This document shows, one piece after another, positions 18,909-27,845 of a stretch of DNA of 64,000 bases. The translations under genes were made by a program, and so were the position numbers. Origin of the DNA: Candidatus Latescibacterota bacterium (GTDB lineage Bacteria; Latescibacterota; UBA2968; UBA8231). Below the pieces are notes generated by a model. It was not told where the DNA came from. It did no database searches and saw only the letters and a program-made list of their open reading frames with translations. Within the stretch, counting starts at the first letter, position 1. Every line of letters starts with the position of its first letter. The stretch is taken from NCBI GenBank assembly GCA_965200315.1, contig OZ241362.1, forward strand, positions 2,432,001 to 2,496,000. The letters run 5' to 3'.

Positions 18909-18954
18909 TAGTGAAATGGGACCCCAATCTGAGGTTTGAGGTCCCATTTCACTA
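18909..18954 (-). terminator. Perfect 15-bp inverted repeat between the two secreted-protein genes (terminator or mRNA-stabilising hairpin)
   Basis: TAGTGAAATGGGACC (18909-18923) pairs with GGTCCCATTTCACTA (18940-18954); weak U-tract; homologous to the 16755 hairpin. Confidence 0.7.
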
Positions 18955-18973
18955 ACTCGCTGTGCAGTGGGTG

Positions 18974-21900
18974 TTACTTGAGCAGCAGCATCTTCTTGAC
19001 TTCGAGGAACTCGCCGCTCGCCTCCAAGCGGTAGAAATACATCCCCGACGACAAGCTGTGCCCGCTGTCGTTGGTCGCGTCCCACTCCACGACATAGCGA
19101 CCGGCACTCTGATGCTCGGCGACCAGCGTCCGCACCGGCTGACCCAGCACATTATACACCGTCAACGCCACATCCGCCGCCTGCGGCAACGCATACTGAA
19201 TCGTCGTCGCCGGGTTGAACGGATTCGGATAGTTGTCGGCCAACGAGAACACCGCCGGCCGCGTCTGCACCTGCACCGGAGCCGGCCGCGCCAAGCGGTT
19301 GAAGCCAAACGCGCTGTCATACGTCTGGGTGTCGGTGACCTCGATGCGCGTGCTCTCGATCTCCACGGTCGGACGGAAAACCAAGCTCAGGGCCACCGCG
19401 CCGTCGGCGACGAGGGCGCCGTGGGTGGCCACCGTCAACACACCGGCTTGGTCGGCCAACACCTGCGGCGTAGCCAACGCGCTACCCCCCAGCGGCTGAT
19501 CGGTTCGCACCTCGACGAACGCCAGCTTGTCGGCCTCATACTGCACCTGCAAGCCGTAGCCCTTGAGCGCGGTAAAGTCCGCCAAGCGCACATCGAGGAC
19601 AAAGTCCTCACCCACGTTGGGCAGCGCTGTCCGCGCATCCAAGTACAGCCGCGCATCGGCATTCAGACCCGCGAACATCGGCACACGCTTACCCGCCGCC
19701 GCCGTGCTGCGACCAAAGTTGTCGGCAAACACGAAGAAGTCGTCGAAGTCAATCGCGGCGTTCGGCGCCAGGTCAAACGCCGGATCAAACCCAGCGTCCG
19801 CAGCCGTCAAACCAAAGTTATCGGCGAAGATGAAGAAGTCGTCGAAACCAATGCGGCTATCGGTACCGAACAGACCGAAGATCGTGCGACCTTCGCTATC
19901 TACCACGCTGTTGCGCACGGCCATCGCCGTCTGTTCGACATCGGAACCCGTCTCGTTGTCCAAGTCGTAGGGCCGCACCTGATAGGTGTAATGCACCCCA
20001 TTCAGTGCCGTCTCATCGACAAAGGACGCGACACCAGCATCAACCTGTGCGATCATAACGAACTCGTCTTCGCCCGCAGCGCGGCGATAGATGCTGTAGC
20101 CATGGACGCCGACGACAGGATCGAGCTCGGCCGGGCCGACGGCTCCGGCAATGACGCCCTGCAAGAGCCGGTCAGACGGCGAGAGTGCCCACGTCAGGAC
20201 GATGCGGCTGCCTTGGTCGTTGGGCGCGTCCAAGACGCTCAGCGACGGCACGGCCAACGGCGGGATGTCGTCGGTAGCGCGAACCGCCTCTTCCGTGATG
20301 GTAAGAGCCGAGGACAACACGCCGTCAATCACGTTCAGCTTGGGAGCCACGCCCTGAGCGTAGGCGAGGGCTTCTGGCAGCAGCGAGGCGAACACCGGCC
20401 CATCACCGGCTTGCGCCGCTTCTCTGCTGGCCATCAGCGTCTCAGCCATCAGCTCGTAGGGCTGGTTCAAGTTTTCAGCACTGACGAACACGGCCTTAGC
20501 AGCACCGTGCGTGGTGCGACCACCACTCTCAGCAGCAATGCCCCAGCGAGTGGAAACATTGTCGAGCGTAGCGACGATGGCGCGACCCATCTCCACGCCC
20601 GGCACGGCATCCACCATGGCCCAAGGAACCATTTCATTACCCAGCACGGGCAGGGCGCGGAAGATGCGATAGCCGTCCAACCTGTCGTGATGCTCGGACA
20701 GTTCCCAAGACAGCATTACGAAACCGCCTTGGTCTCCGAGGCCGTCAGCCCCCTTGTAGTCTTCGGCGACTAGATTGTCGGGAGCATCCAGCGGAGGAAG
20801 GACCACCACCACGGGAACCGGTATCGACTGGGAAGCACCGCTGGCATCCATAACCGTGTAGGTAACGATTGAAACCTCACTTTCCGTCGTCGGCGTACCC
20901 GAAACCGTCCGCGTGGCCGGATCAAACGACAGACCGGCAGGCAGGCCCGACACGCTATACGTCAGTGGCGGGGTCCCACCCGACTCGACTGCCGGCAGCG
21001 TCAGGCTCACCGGCACATCAACGAAGAGTCGGATTGCTCCTTCGTCGTGCTCATCAGCCGGATTGGCCTTGCCAGCACCGCCGGTGAGCGCACCAAACAA
21101 CGAGCCAAGGTCGCCAAAGTCCAGCATCGCGTTGACCTTGATGGAGAAGGTCAACGAGACGTTTTCATCGCCGGCCGCGGCCGTGTAAGTGACTTCCATG
21201 GTATCCTCGGCTTCGGGCGTACCCGAAAGCGTCCGCGTATCCGCGTCAAACGACAGACCCGCAGGTAACTCGGAGACGCTGTAGGCGATGTCACCCAAAC
21301 CACCCGTCGCTTCCGGTAGGGTTACATCGGCAATCGCCGTACCAGCGGTAGCTTCGATGCCGTCGATCATGGTCCCTTCGGCGAACGTGAGGGGCGGCGC
21401 GTCCATCGGCGCGTCGTAGTCGTCCAGCTTGATCGTCACTGTGCCGCCAGCCAAGGCGGCACCGCCAGTCGGCGTACCGACCAAGGTGATGGTCTCGCTG
21501 CCCTCGTCATCCGCATCTATTCTTGGATCAATGACAAAGTTCACCGAACCCGATACTTCGCCAGCCGGAATCGTCAGTTCCGCGTCAAATAGCATCTGGT
21601 AGTCCTCATCGCGGGCGGCTTCCGAATTTGGATCAACAGAAATGATCACTTTCTGGTCAGCGTCCAACACCTTGCCGTCCAAGGTCGCGGTGATCGTACC
21701 AACAGTTTGACCGTCGTTCTCGTTTACGGCATTGGGATTTGCCGAAAGCGAGATGGACGTGCTAGCCGTTTCGTCATCGGCGATCTTGATCGTCGCCGAT
21801 TCCGAACCACCCGATGCTTGCGCCCGCACGACGATATACTTATTGCCATCCGTGGCGTCGTTGTCGAGGGGGGTCAGCGTCAGCGTCGTCGAAGCAGAGG

Positions 21901-24301
21901 TCGCGCCTTCTTCAATGGACACGCTACCACGCATCGCCGCGGTGTAATCCACATCGCGGACGGCCGAGTTTTCGCTGGCAGCACCGAGCGTGAAGCTGAG
22001 CATCTCAGCCTTTGGAGCGGCTGCCGCTAAGGTAGCCGTGATCCTCATCTCTATCGCTTCACCATTTTCGCGCACCGACGAAGGGCTCGCTTCTACTTTC
22101 TCGACCACACTCACGGGCGGCGCCATCTTAGCGATCTCAATGGTGTAGGTCAGGGCCGCGCTTTCGGCCGGAAGATCTTCACCAGTATCGCCGTCAATCA
22201 CCGTGTAGATGATCTCGGCCGTCCCAGCCGCTGCCGGCGTACCTGAGATGGTCCGCGTGGCCTGATTAAACGACAAGCCAGCGGGCAGATTAGCCGAAAC
22301 GCTGTACGTCAACTCGCCATTGCCGCTAGCTGCCGGCAATTCCATCTCCAACGCCATGCCAGCCGTGCCTTCAATGACCGTATCTGACGCAGCAATATCG
22401 TCTGCGGTGAAGGAAGGTGTGCCGTCGGCCGGAGCCGCCGGAGCCTCTTTCTTGCCCGTATCTGTCAGCTTGATCGTCGCGACGCTGACAGTGATATCTT
22501 CATCTCGTGCGTTTTTGGGCTTGTTTGTGGACTTCAGCTTGATCGTCTCGTCCGCGTCCTCTATCCCGTCGTCCACTGGGGTGATGGAGATCACCCTCGA
22601 TCCACTTACCTCGCCGGCCGGAATCGTCAAAGAGCGAATGATGGCTGTGTAGTCTACATCGCGCGTCGCCGTAGCACCATCACCCTTGACCTTTGGGTCT
22701 TTAGACTCAGTAGGAAGCATATTGCCCAAGACCAAGGTCAGCTTCGCGTCGTCGTCTAACACCTTGCCGTCTAAGGTCGCAGTGATCGTGACATCCGTCT
22801 CCCCTGCGTCCTCCTTTATCTCAGCAGGATCCGCCGACAGCTTTATGTTCTTGCTATTCGAGTCGTCGTCGGTAATCGTGATCGTAACTTCACCATCACT
22901 ATTTCCGACTGTAGCTTGGATAACAACCTCTCTCGGATCATTCGGAGCATTGTCGTTTATGGTGGTGAAGATGAGCGTCGCCGTCCCCGAGGTCTCGCCG
23001 GCGGGAATTGTGAGAGGATCACCGAATTCCGCCGTGTAATTCACATCGCGTTCAGCATTATTCTCTCCCAAAATAGAGAAGCTCACCGCCGCGTCATCCA
23101 ATAGGGCATTCGCCAACGTAACTTTCAGCTCGATCGGTGTCCGCCCAGCTTCTTCGCGTATCGAAGCCGGAGTTGCTGAAATTTTATCATCTTTAATGTC
23201 AGCAATTGGCTTTTCCGTTATCGTGAGCCTTGCGCTGCTAACCTTTATGTCTTGCTCCTCGTCTTCATTAGTGGTATCGGCGTTATATCTAAGGTCGAGA
23301 TCCCTAGGTGCATTGATCGTGACTTTACTTCCGCCTCCGTCTTGTTTGGGATTAATAGTAAACGTCGCTGTACTCGACACACTATTCCTTGGGATTGTTA
23401 GACGGCCCAAACCCGATATGGTGTAATCCGTATCGCGTGTCGCCTCATCTCCTGCATTTGTTGTGTCCTCGTCATCGGGTCTAACGATCAAAGAAAAAGA
23501 CAGGTCCTTGCCCACCGTCTCGCCATTTAGGGTGGCTTCCACCGTGATCGTGGTCGGACCAGCCTCTTGGCTTACCTCTTTTGGGGAAAGCGAAAGAGTG
23601 ATTTCGTTAGTTGGCTGGTCGGCGTCAATCAGTGTAAGAGTATCAGAGGCAGGAGCTGTACCTATACTACCGGACGCGACGATTAGGATATTAAGATTCC
23701 TATCATCGCCAGTACCAGAAATAGGAGTGAACACGATCGTCCCTGTCGCCTCGTCTTTGCCCTTCGGAATCATGAGGGTAGGCAGCGTTATGCGGAATCT
23801 ATCATTGAGTCCGGTTTGAGTACCAAGCCCCAATATCACATACGTATCATCGGAATCATTCTTCTTAGCAGCTTTGATCTTCACCGTAAGGTTGGTCGCC
23901 TTGGCATCCTCGCGGATTTTATCAGGACTCACCGTCAGCATATAGTCCGGGGAGGCTGTCGGCGTCGCTTGTGTCTCGTCAACTCTTTTACCACTACCGG
24001 GGTCGAATAATACAAAAATGTGCGGCATCTCATTCACCAAAGGAAAGATCACCTCTCCAGACCCCACAGGATCTTCTTTCCAAGTTTTTAGAGAATTACC
24101 GGAACTTAACACTCGGTATTTCACCACGAAATTACCCCCACCATCCCAAGTTAGTGTTACCTTTCCGTCACCCTCCATCGCCGATAGTGTCTGCGCTTCC
24201 AAGGAACTTGTTGTCAGCAGGAAGCCGACAGCCGCAAAGGCAGCGAACAGTCCGCCGCCAAGCCGGGTCAGCATAGTTCCCCAAAACTTCGTGTGTATCA
24301 T
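18974..24301 (-). CDS. Large modular secreted/surface protein (1775 aa): Calx-beta-like repeats, putative Ig (He_PIG) domains, FN3-like, dockerin-like EF-hand pair, cohesin-like domain, sorting-like CTD
   Basis: Signal peptide; six P..I/V.E..G repeats, most with A.RD.DY; three LPAGLSF...TRT.SGTP; duplicated FDDFF.FADNFG; VGEDFVLDV..LKGYGLQVQYE; NYPNPFNPATTI..KKMLLLK. GGAGG RBS. Confidence 0.85.
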   Translation of the reverse strand: MIHTKFWGTMLTRLGGGLFAAFAAVGFLLTTSSLEAQTLSAMEGDGKVTLTWDGGGNFVVKYRVLSSGNSLKTWKEDPVGSGEVIFPLVNEMPHIFVLFDPGSGKRVDETQATPTASPDYMLTVSPDKIREDAKATNLTVKIKAAKKNDSDDTYVILGLGTQTGLNDRFRITLPTLMIPKGKDEATGTIVFTPISGTGDDRNLNILIVASGSIGTAPASDTLTLIDADQPTNEITLSLSPKEVSQEAGPTTITVEATLNGETVGKDLSFSLIVRPDDEDTTNAGDEATRDTDYTISGLGRLTIPRNSVSSTATFTINPKQDGGGSKVTINAPRDLDLRYNADTTNEDEEQDIKVSSARLTITEKPIADIKDDKISATPASIREEAGRTPIELKVTLANALLDDAAVSFSILGENNAERDVNYTAEFGDPLTIPAGETSGTATLIFTTINDNAPNDPREVVIQATVGNSDGEVTITITDDDSNSKNIKLSADPAEIKEDAGETDVTITATLDGKVLDDDAKLTLVLGNMLPTESKDPKVKGDGATATRDVDYTAIIRSLTIPAGEVSGSRVISITPVDDGIEDADETIKLKSTNKPKNARDEDITVSVATIKLTDTGKKEAPAAPADGTPSFTADDIAASDTVIEGTAGMALEMELPAASGNGELTYSVSANLPAGLSFNQATRTISGTPAAAGTAEIIYTVIDGDTGEDLPAESAALTYTIEIAKMAPPVSVVEKVEASPSSVRENGEAIEMRITATLAAAAPKAEMLSFTLGAASENSAVRDVDYTAAMRGSVSIEEGATSASTTLTLTPLDNDATDGNKYIVVRAQASGGSESATIKIADDETASTSISLSANPNAVNENDGQTVGTITATLDGKVLDADQKVIISVDPNSEAARDEDYQMLFDAELTIPAGEVSGSVNFVIDPRIDADDEGSETITLVGTPTGGAALAGGTVTIKLDDYDAPMDAPPLTFAEGTMIDGIEATAGTAIADVTLPEATGGLGDIAYSVSELPAGLSFDADTRTLSGTPEAEDTMEVTYTAAAGDENVSLTFSIKVNAMLDFGDLGSLFGALTGGAGKANPADEHDEGAIRLFVDVPVSLTLPAVESGGTPPLTYSVSGLPAGLSFDPATRTVSGTPTTESEVSIVTYTVMDASGASQSIPVPVVVVLPPLDAPDNLVAEDYKGADGLGDQGGFVMLSWELSEHHDRLDGYRIFRALPVLGNEMVPWAMVDAVPGVEMGRAIVATLDNVSTRWGIAAESGGRTTHGAAKAVFVSAENLNQPYELMAETLMASREAAQAGDGPVFASLLPEALAYAQGVAPKLNVIDGVLSSALTITEEAVRATDDIPPLAVPSLSVLDAPNDQGSRIVLTWALSPSDRLLQGVIAGAVGPAELDPVVGVHGYSIYRRAAGEDEFVMIAQVDAGVASFVDETALNGVHYTYQVRPYDLDNETGSDVEQTAMAVRNSVVDSEGRTIFGLFGTDSRIGFDDFFIFADNFGLTAADAGFDPAFDLAPNAAIDFDDFFVFADNFGRSTAAAGKRVPMFAGLNADARLYLDARTALPNVGEDFVLDVRLADFTALKGYGLQVQYEADKLAFVEVRTDQPLGGSALATPQVLADQAGVLTVATHGALVADGAVALSLVFRPTVEIESTRIEVTDTQTYDSAFGFNRLARPAPVQVQTRPAVFSLADNYPNPFNPATTIQYALPQAADVALTVYNVLGQPVRTLVAEHQSAGRYVVEWDATNDSGHSLSSGMYFYRLEASGEFLEVKKMLLLK

Positions 24302-24467
24302 TATTTAACCTCCCCAGGGAAAGAATCCCTGATTAAGAAGAAAGTGGTATAAGAAGATGGATTTGCTTTAAACCCACTGAGATATTGCGTTCGTGCGTTT
24401 CTCATACGCCCCCTTTCGCGGCTTTTTCGTTCATAACGCTAGCGCATTATCCTATACAATAGAGTTA

Positions 24468-24496
24468 ATTATACCGAGAAAAAATAGAAGTGTCAA
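24468..24496 (-). promoter_or_regulatory. Perfect-consensus sigma70 promoter for the 1775-aa gene
   Basis: Minus strand TTGACA (24496-24491), 17-nt spacer, TATAAT (24473-24468). Confidence 0.85.
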
Positions 24497-24642
24497 GAAT
24501 AAATTCCCTGCAAAAACTTTAGCTAAAACGCCCTTTATCCCTTGTAAAAACGGTAATTTTCCAGAAGAGCGAGAGCGATGGCACTCTTTTAACACGGGCC
24601 GTCAACTGTGGCAGAAGTCCGTCGGGTCCGTTCACCTGCCGT

Positions 24643-25335
24643 TCACTCCTGTGGCTCATACGATTCAGACGCCTCGGCCACGCGGTCTCCCGCATCCGGA
24701 CGCTCCACTCGATACGAAAGCCCGGCCCGAATCGTCTCCAGCATCCCATTCATCCGCGCCTGTTCCTGCTCCAGCCGACCCACCCGCGCCGCCAACACAT
24801 CCATCTTCTCGCTCAACCGCACCTGTTCCTGCTCCAGCCGACCCACCCGCGCCGCCAACACATCCATCTTCTCGCTCAACCGCACCTGTTCCTGCTCCAG
24901 CCGACCCACCTGCGCCGCCAACGCATCCATCCTCTCGTCCTGACGCGCCGCCAACGCATCCATCTTTTCGCTCAACCGCGCCTGTTCCTGCTCCAGCCGA
25001 CCCACCTGCGCCGCCAACGCATCCATCCTCTCGTCCTGACGCGCCGCCAACGCATCCATCTTCTCGTCCTGACGCGCCGCCAACGCATCCATCTTTTCGC
25101 TCAACCGCACCTGTTCCTGCTCCAGCCGACCCATCCGCACCGCCAACGCATCCATCTTCTCGTCCTGACGCGCCGCAAGATCATCGATCCTCTTGTCCAA
25201 CCGGTCTGAAAGCACCCGCATATCAGCGCGAATACTCCGCGTCGTAGCCAGTATTAACCCCGCCAACGCGATACCGACGCCTACAAACGCGATACCGACG
25301 CCTACAATAGTCCAATCTATCGTGCCACTATCCAT
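24643..25335 (-). CDS. Membrane-anchored coiled-coil protein built from tandem repeats
   Basis: MDSGTIDWTIVGVGIAFVGVGIALAGLIL (TM) followed by RLEQEQ(V/A)RLSEKMD(A/V)LAAR and QDE(K/R)MDALAAR repeats; GAGG upstream of ATG 25335. Confidence 0.75.
   Translation of the reverse strand: MDSGTIDWTIVGVGIAFVGVGIALAGLILATTRSIRADMRVLSDRLDKRIDDLAARQDEKMDALAVRMGRLEQEQVRLSEKMDALAARQDEKMDALAARQDERMDALAAQVGRLEQEQARLSEKMDALAARQDERMDALAAQVGRLEQEQVRLSEKMDVLAARVGRLEQEQVRLSEKMDVLAARVGRLEQEQARMNGMLETIRAGLSYRVERPDAGDRVAEASESYEPQE
24759..25176. repeat. Composite coding tandem repeat of 63-bp and 33-bp units
   Basis: CCTGTTCCTGCTCCAGCCGACCCA at 24759, 24822, 24885, 24981 and 25110 (spacings 63, 63, 96, 129 = 63 + n x 33). 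Confidence 0.92.
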
Positions 25336-25389
25336 AACAGACGCCTCTTCTAAAGCCGTCGGCAAATATCACCGACCTCCATTCATTTG

Positions 25390-27828
25390 TCAACCATCCC
25401 GCCGCCCCCGCCGCCACGCGGCCACCACCACACCCACAACCACCACCAACCCGACCAAACCCACGCCCCGCGCCCAAGCCAACACCGGCGAAAAATAGCG
25501 AAACTCCACCTCGTGCTCCCCGGCCGGCAAGGCCACGCCCTTCCATATATAATGGACACGCAACATCTCGGCCTCCTCCCCATCCACCCACACCGACCAA
25601 TTCGACTGGTAATTCTCCGACACCACCAACACGCGCGGCCCCGCACTCTGCGTCCGCAGGCGAATCAAACCCTCCTTTGGATCGTACGCCAGCCGCTCCA
25701 CCCGGTCGCCCGCCCGGTCGCCCGCACCATCGAGCCGCACGGCCGGCACATTCTCCAGCAATGCCACGCCCTGCGGGTCCACCCGCCCGCTCAGCAGCCG
25801 CGCCAACACCGCCTCGCCGCTGTCCAACACCTCGGCTTCCGGCACCAAGTAGAACCACGGCAACGCCTGCGGATTTTCGTACAAGCGAAAACGCTCGCCC
25901 TCAAAGCGCAGCGGATAGGCCGCTGTATTCAATTCTAGAGGTTTGGGCACAGCCAAGTACTTGCCATTGAGCAAATTCAACAAAGATTGAAACCCAGCCG
26001 ACGGCGCACCCGTGCGCAAAAACTGCTGCACCAGCGGCTCAAACTCCTTCAGCATCCGATCGTAGCGCCCCACCGTCAGATCGTGAAAGCCGGTGATGGA
26101 CCAAACGCCGCGCAAGTGATAACCCGGCTCCTCCAGCACCCGGAAGCTAGGCAAGGGCAAGATGCGAAAAAGCGAATCGTCGCTTTGCAAAAACTGCACC
26201 GCGCGCGGATTTTCTCGGCGAATATCCGCATAGTGCCCCGGATCCCGATAGTGCAAATAAACCCGATCAACGCGCCACGTGTCGAACAGCGTCACCGCAC
26301 ACAAGCCCACCACCAAGGCGGTCGCCGAAAGCTGCCCCCCCAGCCGCAGAAAGAGCAATACCACGCCCGCACCCACCGCCAGCACCACGTACCAGCCGCC
26401 GCGCGCGATCCAATCGTAGCTCCCAGCCAACACCGCCTGCTTCTGCGGCGCAATGTCTTGGTAAAACACATTTATCCACGCCTCAGTAGCCTCCTTCGGA
26501 AAGAGCGCGACCACCAAGGCCAGCGCCGCGAGCATGCCGCCGATGTATGCCAAGCGCTTCCGCAGCAAGGTGCGCTCATCCGCGTCGGCGTCCAACACCC
26601 GCTGCAACCCCAACCCGGCCAGCGCACACCCGGCAAACGCAAACACAAACGAGCCCATGCCAATGGCGCGCTGCACATCGGCCCCCGGCAGCAAGTGAAA
26701 CGCCAGCCAATGCACGGGCGTGTGCTCGCCCAACACGTAGGCCAACGCCAGCACAAACACGCCGCCCAGCAGCGCCACTTGCGGACGCCGCCACTCCAGC
26801 ACCATCAGCAGCGCCAATAGAACAGCCATCACGCCAAAGTACTCGGAGTTGATCTTAAACGCATTGCGGCCCCAATAGCGCGAGCCGCCCTGTACCAGCA
26901 CATTGTCGTACCCACCGAACTCCGGCACCACCAGCGACGCCACCTCTTCGGGATGCAGCGACCAACTCCGCGCATACGCGAGTTGTTCCTCCACCGTCTT
27001 GCCCCCTACCTCATCGCCCGTGGCTCGCTTGGACTCGGCGCGGGTATAGAGCATCACCGGAAACGCCCCCTCGGCCCCCAACGCCAAACCCAGTACCACA
27101 GCACCTATAAAATGAATAAAGCGCCGGACGATAGCCCGCTCGCGGCGCATCTGGTACAATTTAAATAGGAAATAGATGCCGAGGCCCAGCAGCGCGAAAT
27201 ACGTCATCGGCGGATGAGAGTAAATACACGCCCCAATCAGCACCCCGACCGCTGCCCAATAAATCAGCCGACGCTGCGCCAAGGCCCGTTCCAACGCCCA
27301 GCAAATCCACGGGAACAGGGCGATGACGCCCATCTTGGCGTAGTGCCCGGCCAAGGGAAACGCCAAGAAGGCCGGCGCAGACATAAACGCCACTCCGCCC
27401 CACAGTGCGGCGCGGCTGCCCACGTGGATTTGCCGCAAGTACGCGTACATCCCCAAGCCAGCGACAAACATCGTCAGGATATAGCGCCAGCCAATATACC
27501 GCTGAAAGCTCGTAAAAAAGTACAGGACGTATGCTGGGAAGTACTGGGGACGAATGGCCTCGGACTGGGGGAAGCCGCCCATCTTGGGGTCCCACATCGG
27601 CTGGTCCACAGTCTGCACCTTGTCCCAGAAGCTCAGGTCCGCGCCCTTGTGGTAATCCGTCCCCACGTCCATGCCAAAGACGATCTTGTCCGACAGGGGG
27701 AACTCGTAGAAATACAGCAGGCTCAAGGCGAGGAAGAAAACCAGCGGAAAAAATCGGTGATTCCACAAGGGCGGCTTATCGGCCTTTGCCGGTGCTTGGG
27801 TTTTGGCGCGTTTGTTCTTTTTAACCAT
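25390..27828 (-). CDS. YfhO-family multi-TM membrane protein (putative GT-C glycosyltransferase)
   Basis: Many TMs; PMWDPKMGGFP; C-terminal LVVSENY..NW..WVDG, GVALPAGEHEVEFRY typical of YfhO. Confidence 0.82.
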   Translation of the reverse strand: MVKKNKRAKTQAPAKADKPPLWNHRFFPLVFFLALSLLYFYEFPLSDKIVFGMDVGTDYHKGADLSFWDKVQTVDQPMWDPKMGGFPQSEAIRPQYFPAYVLYFFTSFQRYIGWRYILTMFVAGLGMYAYLRQIHVGSRAALWGGVAFMSAPAFLAFPLAGHYAKMGVIALFPWICWALERALAQRRLIYWAAVGVLIGACIYSHPPMTYFALLGLGIYFLFKLYQMRRERAIVRRFIHFIGAVVLGLALGAEGAFPVMLYTRAESKRATGDEVGGKTVEEQLAYARSWSLHPEEVASLVVPEFGGYDNVLVQGGSRYWGRNAFKINSEYFGVMAVLLALLMVLEWRRPQVALLGGVFVLALAYVLGEHTPVHWLAFHLLPGADVQRAIGMGSFVFAFAGCALAGLGLQRVLDADADERTLLRKRLAYIGGMLAALALVVALFPKEATEAWINVFYQDIAPQKQAVLAGSYDWIARGGWYVVLAVGAGVVLLFLRLGGQLSATALVVGLCAVTLFDTWRVDRVYLHYRDPGHYADIRRENPRAVQFLQSDDSLFRILPLPSFRVLEEPGYHLRGVWSITGFHDLTVGRYDRMLKEFEPLVQQFLRTGAPSAGFQSLLNLLNGKYLAVPKPLELNTAAYPLRFEGERFRLYENPQALPWFYLVPEAEVLDSGEAVLARLLSGRVDPQGVALLENVPAVRLDGAGDRAGDRVERLAYDPKEGLIRLRTQSAGPRVLVVSENYQSNWSVWVDGEEAEMLRVHYIWKGVALPAGEHEVEFRYFSPVLAWARGVGLVGLVVVVGVVVAAWRRGRRDG

Positions 27829-27845
27829 AGAATCCTTCCAGCGGC

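Noticed and set aside
18962-20773. 603-aa plus-strand ORF
   Set aside because: Shadow of the GC-rich 3' part of the 1775-aa gene; no recognisable motifs.
24759-25176. CRISPR-like array
   Set aside because: No unique spacers; units are multiples of 3 inside a coding frame; no cas genes.
24393-25247. Pro-rich 284-aa plus-strand ORF
   Set aside because: Antisense shadow of the coiled-coil repeat gene; it also overlaps the minus-strand promoter.
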